From: an uncultured Bradymonadales bacterium
GTDB lineage: Bacteria > Myxococcota_A > Bradymonadia > Bradymonadales > Bradymonadaceae
Length of the DNA: 11,578 bases
Assembly: GCA_964446725.1 (NCBI GenBank)
Contig: CAYUPT010000066.1
Coordinates: 1-11,578 of the forward strand
Direction of reading: 5' to 3'
Shown here: positions 8,285 to 11,578 of the stretch, one piece after another
Numbering within the stretch: the stretch's first letter is position 1
How the letters are laid out: every line of letters starts with the position of its first letter
Made by a program: the position numbers and the translations under genes
The notes under the pieces: generated by a model
Told to the model about the DNA's origin: nothing
The model's database searches: none
The model's input: only the letters and a program-made list of their open reading frames with translations

Positions 8285-9064
8285 CTACCCGTGTTTGACT
8301 TTCGCCTTTTGTTCTTCGTGCTCTTCGGCCGCTTCTTCGAGATCTTCAAAATCGATATCTTCTAAAACGATCTTCTGCGATTCGCTTTGAGGTGTGACCT
8401 GCTGGCCCAAGACGGCGTCGAAGGGCTCGACCTCGTAAAGATTGTCGCGGTCATTAAACCCCAGAATCAGCGCCCGGTCGCCGCGCGAAAGGTCGTTGTC
8501 GTGAGGGCAGCGAATCGACAATATCAACTCCGAGCCCTCGATATACACGTTGGCTCGTCCAAACCCGTCGTCGACACGACTCGTCGACACCTCGCAGACC
8601 TGACCGATGAGATGTTCACCGGTCCTGGAACCACTTTCACCGGCGGTCAACGCCTGAAGTGGCGCCATCAACAATCCGGTGATCGGGAAGGCAAATACCG
8701 TCGCCCCCACCAGTAACAGACTGCCGATCATCCAGTTGACGTCCATGATGTACTCCTGGACGCCGAAGACGAATAAGAAACACAGACTCCACCCGGCAAA
8801 TACAAAGGTGGTCCCGAAAATACTCATCGGAACCGTCCCCAGACCAAAAGACGACAGCATCTGGAAGACCGACGATCCGGCCTCTTCGACTCCGGCGCCA
8901 TCGACCTCGACGTCCAGATCAAAGACCTCAAAACCGATACCACCGACGATCATCAGCGTTGCCACAACCATCGCCACGGCGAGCAACACCGTGTAGGCGA
9001 CGGTGGGAAAGCTAAATGCGATGTCGAGAAATTCCTGCATACAGGTGGTCTCGAATTTTGGCAC
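8285..9064 (-). CDS. NfeD-like / YqiJ-family inner-membrane protein: multi-pass N-terminal membrane region plus C-terminal OB-fold. First gene of the operon
   Basis: Hydrophobic N-terminal half (TVAYTVLLAVAMVVATLMIVGGIGF..., FGLGTVPMSIFGTTFVFAGWSLCFLFVFGV, IGSLLLVGATVFAFPITGLLMAP). C-terminal beta-barrel signature 'GEHLIGQVCEVSTSRVDDGFGRANVYIEGSELILSIRCPHDNDLSRGDRALILGFNDRDNLYEVEP' (about 8420..8617) typical of short NfeD (YqiJ) proteins. The stop lies 57 nt before the flotillin start, the classic NfeD-SPFH arrangement. The start is uncertain: GTG at 9062-9064 (longest) or ATG at 9038-9040, neither with a strong RBS. Confidence 0.85.
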   Translation of the reverse strand: MPKFETTCMQEFLDIAFSFPTVAYTVLLAVAMVVATLMIVGGIGFEVFDLDVEVDGAGVEEAGSSVFQMLSSFGLGTVPMSIFGTTFVFAGWSLCFLFVFGVQEYIMDVNWMIGSLLLVGATVFAFPITGLLMAPLQALTAGESGSRTGEHLIGQVCEVSTSRVDDGFGRANVYIEGSELILSIRCPHDNDLSRGDRALILGFNDRDNLYEVEPFDAVLGQQVTPQSESQKIVLEDIDFEDLEEAAEEHEEQKAKVKHG

Positions 9065-9171
9065 ATTGCCGTCGTTACCAGTCCAGTACCACGTGGGGGA
9101 CGTCTACGATTAACCAATGGCGATGCCAAACGCAACCGTTCTGTAAGACGCCGGCTGTCGTGTCGGCTACG

Positions 9172-9205
9172 AAAAAAGGCCCGCCTCCAGCGGGAGACGG
9201 GCCTT
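9172..9205 (-). terminator. Rho-independent terminator downstream of the Cys-rich lipoprotein gene
   Basis: Minus-strand RNA ...AAGGCCCGUCUCCCGCUGGAGGCGGGCCUUUUUUCG. It has an 11-bp GC-rich stem (one mismatch) with a 3-nt loop, followed directly by a U6 tract (A-run 9172-9177 on the plus strand). It lies about 70 nt after the TGA at 9276-9278. Confidence 0.8.
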
Positions 9206-9275
9206 GCGGTGGTCGCGCCCCGGGCTGCAACGAATTAGCGCCCGACGGGCTATCTATGAGCACTGGAACACTGAA

Positions 9276-10556
9276 TCAGGGCATAATGAAGCAAAGGTCG
9301 TCATCGCTGATACAGGTACCCTGACAGCAATATTCATCACTGGCGCACTCAATGCCGCAGCTTCCGCAGTTGTCGGAGTCGCTGTCGGTATCGACGCAGT
9401 CGCCGTCGCAACTGGTGTAGCCGTCCTGGCAATAACACCCCAGAAGACTGATGGGACCGGAGCCGGTGGTGCATTCCTCGGTCTGCACATCACAGCAACT
9501 GGCAGTGGTGCCAAAGCCACATTGCGACTCGCCTTCATCGCAAAAGCAGTCGCCTTCGGAACAAGAGCCCCGATCGCCGCACTCGTAGCCACAGCTTCCA
9601 CAGTGGTCGCTGTCGACACTCAAGTCGACGCAGTCTCCGTCGCAGTTGGTATAACCGGACGCGCAGGTGCAGATACCACTGGTGCAGGTCTCGGTGGAAC
9701 CACAGGATTCGCCGCAGGCGCCACAGTTGGCGTCGCTGGAATCGAGGTCGACGCAGTCTCCGTCGCATTCGACTTCTCCGGCGTCACAGTCGGCCACGCA
9801 ACTTCCACCAGAACAGACATCACCGTCGTCACACTCGTTTCCACAACTTCCGCAGTTGGCGGAACTGCTGTCCAGATCGATGCATTCATCGCCACATCGA
9901 TCTAAGTCGGGGTCGCAACTGAAGTCACAATTTCCATTGACGCAGATGGCTGTCGCCCCGTCCGGCGCGTCGCATTCGATATCGCAGTCTCCACAGTGAT
10001 CGACATTGTCCTCGAAGTCGACACAGTCCTCATCGCATTGCGTGAAACCTTCGGCGCACTCCAGGTCACACTGGCCATCGCTGCACACCGGCGCCCCGGT
10101 CGGCGGATTCGGACAGGCCTCATCACACGCCGAGCAGTGCGAGCTGTCTTCGTCGAGATCGACGCACTCATCGCCACAGCGGGTAAAGTCGGACTCACAT
10201 TCAAAGTCGCAGACGCCCTCATCGCATACTGGCGTCCCATTTTGCGGTGCCTCGCACTGCGTATCGCAGCCCCCGCAAAAATTGGGGTCCATGTCGGTGT
10301 CGACGCACTCGTCGTTACACCATTCCTCGTGCTCATCGCATTCGGTTTCATCGTTATCGTTGTCGTCGTTCTGGTCGCCATCGTTGACATCGTTGACGTC
10401 GCCGACATCGTTGCCGGCATTGGCGTATTCATCCTGGGTGTTGCAGGCCGACAACATCGATATTGCGCCAAAACACAAAACCAGTGCCGCAATGCCGATT
10501 CGATGCAATCCAGCGGCTGGAGTCATCGCTCTCAATTCGATTAATGCTCTACTCAT
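9276..10556 (-). CDS. Secreted lipoprotein with about 8 tandem 40-aa cysteine-rich repeats (Myxococcus-type Cys-rich repeat, TIGR02232-like) behind a D/N-rich acidic linker
   Basis: ATG at 10554-10556 with AGGAG 9 nt upstream (AGGAGAATAGCATCATG). TGA at 9276-9278. Signal peptide with lipobox LSA-C (Cys38, codon 10443-10445). Linker GNDVGDVNDVNDGDQNDDNDNDE. Repeats of the form C-x2-C-x4-6-C-x2-3-C-V-D-x-D-x2-3-[HN]-C-G-x-C-[GD]-x2-C (for example CDFSCDPDLDRCGDECIDLDSSSANCGSCGNEC), about 54 Cys in total. Ends with ...LCFIMP. Confidence 0.85.
   Translation of the reverse strand: MSRALIELRAMTPAAGLHRIGIAALVLCFGAISMLSACNTQDEYANAGNDVGDVNDVNDGDQNDDNDNDETECDEHEEWCNDECVDTDMDPNFCGGCDTQCEAPQNGTPVCDEGVCDFECESDFTRCGDECVDLDEDSSHCSACDEACPNPPTGAPVCSDGQCDLECAEGFTQCDEDCVDFEDNVDHCGDCDIECDAPDGATAICVNGNCDFSCDPDLDRCGDECIDLDSSSANCGSCGNECDDGDVCSGGSCVADCDAGEVECDGDCVDLDSSDANCGACGESCGSTETCTSGICTCASGYTNCDGDCVDLSVDSDHCGSCGYECGDRGSCSEGDCFCDEGESQCGFGTTASCCDVQTEECTTGSGPISLLGCYCQDGYTSCDGDCVDTDSDSDNCGSCGIECASDEYCCQGTCISDDDLCFIMP
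9279..10346 (-). repeat. Periodic intragenic repeats (about 120-123 nt period) underlying the Cys-rich protein repeats
   Basis: Exact 21-mer gtcgacgcagtctccgtcgca at 9624..9644 and 9747..9767 (123 nt apart). Near-copy atcgacgcagtcgccgtcgca at 9390..9410. The motif gtcgacgca (encoding C-V-D on the minus strand) recurs throughout 9390-10330. Confidence 0.75.
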
Positions 10557-10664
10557 GATGCTATTCTCCTGGATAAAAGACAGGTCAAAACGCGTCCACC
10601 ACGCTCATGTGGAACGCCAGCTACAAACTCATTCCACGGAACCGGGCTGTAACGATGCACCGAA

Positions 10665-10694
10665 ATTATTAGTCACCGCGGCCTTGCTTCGCAA
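10665..10694 (-). promoter_or_regulatory. Candidate sigma70-type promoter for the Cys-rich lipoprotein gene
   Basis: Minus strand: TTGCGA (revcomp of 10689-10694), 18-nt spacer, AATAAT (revcomp of 10665-10670), about 110 nt upstream of the ATG at 10556. Found by eye only. Confidence 0.25.
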
Positions 10695-10751
10695 ATTTTC
10701 GTCCGCCGATGAACCGTTGGATCGACGTCGGGCCTGCACAGGTGGTGTTCA

Positions 10752-11578
10752 TCAGTCTCTGCGTCTCCACAACAAGAGTCCGAGCAACACCACCGCCGCG
10801 ACCCCACCACTGCCGCTGGTTCCCACCTGCGAACAGGTCGGCTCGTCTTCGCCGACTCCCGGCGACTCATCGTCGCTGTCATCGTCCTGACTATCGTCAT
10901 CGCCTTCGTCTTCTTCTTCCTCCTCCCCTTCTTCCTCGTCGGGACACAACATCACATCCGTGTGAGGTTCGCTGGTCCAGATGGCATCGGTTCCCGGAAT
11001 CCGAGCACTGATTTCGACTCTGTAAAACCCGTCCTCGAGAGTCTCCGCGAATTCCCGGGGCTCCGGCCCCTCGCCCTCACAGACCGCGTAGATCTGCTCT
11101 TCTCCCCAGCCGACGCGACTGGCTCCGGCGGGCACTGTTTCGTTGACTCCGGCCTGCGGCTCCCAGATATTGGAATTAACCCAGGTCTCAAAGGCAATCG
11201 CCTCGCCCCAGACTTCGGCCTCTTCGGTGGGCTCGAACTCCAGGCGCTGGTAGGCCGCCTCCACGACTTTGGAACACGACTCCTCGCCGTCGCCCTCATG
11301 GCGCACCGGCCCGATGACCGCATTATTGGGCACCCAGATCCCGAGCTCCTCCGGCAGTTCCGCCGGCTCACCGGTCTCAAAGGTCCAGGACGCCGGTTGA
11401 AGCGGACCGCCCTCTCGGCACTCCGGATCGGACTCGAATCGATAGGTTGTATCCTCCATCAATTCTTCGTCGAAAAATATCTCGTAGAGACCATCGCGGT
11501 CCCGCTCGGCGCTGATCTCCACCGCTTCATCGCTGTCATCGACATAGAGTCCAAATTCCGGGTCCTCCAGTGGAGCGA
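10752..11578 (-). CDS. Partial CDS (5' end beyond the window): secreted acidic protein ending in a MYXO-CTERM-like sorting signal
   Basis: The frame is open from the window edge. The track 'start' at 11522 is a GTG, and the codons upstream to 11578 remain in frame (...PLEDPEFGLYVDDSDEAVEISAERD...). TGA at 10752-10754. Poly-acidic spacer EEEGEEEEEDEGDDDSQDDDSDDE. C-terminus PTCSQVGTSGSGGVAAVVLLGLLLWRRRD, that is Cys, Gly/Ser stretch, hydrophobic helix and RRR, as in the MYXO-CTERM tag. No PEP or PGF motif. Confidence 0.75.
   Translation of the reverse strand, partial: APLEDPEFGLYVDDSDEAVEISAERDRDGLYEIFFDEELMEDTTYRFESDPECREGGPLQPASWTFETGEPAELPEELGIWVPNNAVIGPVRHEGDGEESCSKVVEAAYQRLEFEPTEEAEVWGEAIAFETWVNSNIWEPQAGVNETVPAGASRVGWGEEQIYAVCEGEGPEPREFAETLEDGFYRVEISARIPGTDAIWTSEPHTDVMLCPDEEEGEEEEEDEGDDDSQDDDSDDESPGVGEDEPTCSQVGTSGSGGVAAVVLLGLLLWRRRD

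Noticed and set aside
9115-9135. TGGCAT-N5-TTGG element that looks like a sigma54 promoter in the operon leader
   Set aside because: The essential -12 'GC' of the sigma54 consensus (TGGCAC-N5-TTGCW) is replaced by GG, so it is unlikely to be a functional RpoN site. No enhancer-binding protein gene is present in the window.
11490-11522. Track-reported start (GTG at 11520-11522) for the MYXO-CTERM protein
   Set aside because: The reading frame remains open upstream to the window edge at 11578 with sensible codons, so the true start is outside the window. The feature is reported as a 5'-partial CDS instead.
1-11578. CRISPR arrays, tRNA or rRNA genes, IS elements, integrases
   Set aside because: No direct-repeat and spacer periodicity, no tRNA-like T-loop or anticodon stems in the three intergenic gaps, and no transposase or recombinase-like ORF on either strand.

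Overview
The window is high-GC bacterial DNA, roughly 60% GC by eye. Every credible gene lies on the minus strand. The long plus-strand ORFs in the track are antisense artefacts of the GC-rich frames.

The centre is a four-gene minus-strand operon. A YqiJ/NfeD-like membrane protein (8285..9064) is followed by an unusually long 763-aa flotillin (FloT/YqiK-type SPFH protein, 5936..8227). Next comes a giant 1792-aa AAA+ ATPase (468..5846), whose single AAA_5/MoxR-type P-loop module sits near the C-terminus. The last gene encodes a 97-aa extremely acidic protein (121..414).

The NfeD plus flotillin pair is a textbook membrane-scaffold operon. Its in-line extension by a giant ATPase and a tiny acidic partner is the candidate undescribed system here.

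Upstream of the operon lie two secreted or surface proteins. One is a lipoprotein (9276..10556) built from about eight 40-aa cysteine-rich repeats of the type described in Myxococcus. It has DNA-level periodic repeats and a clean intrinsic terminator. The other is a 5'-truncated acidic protein ending in a MYXO-CTERM-like sorting tag (10752..11578+).

These lineage markers, the AGGAG ribosome-binding sites and the acidic proteome suggest a marine myxobacterial or Bradymonadales-like organism. That is an inference, not a verified assignment. No rRNA, tRNA, CRISPR array or mobile element was seen.
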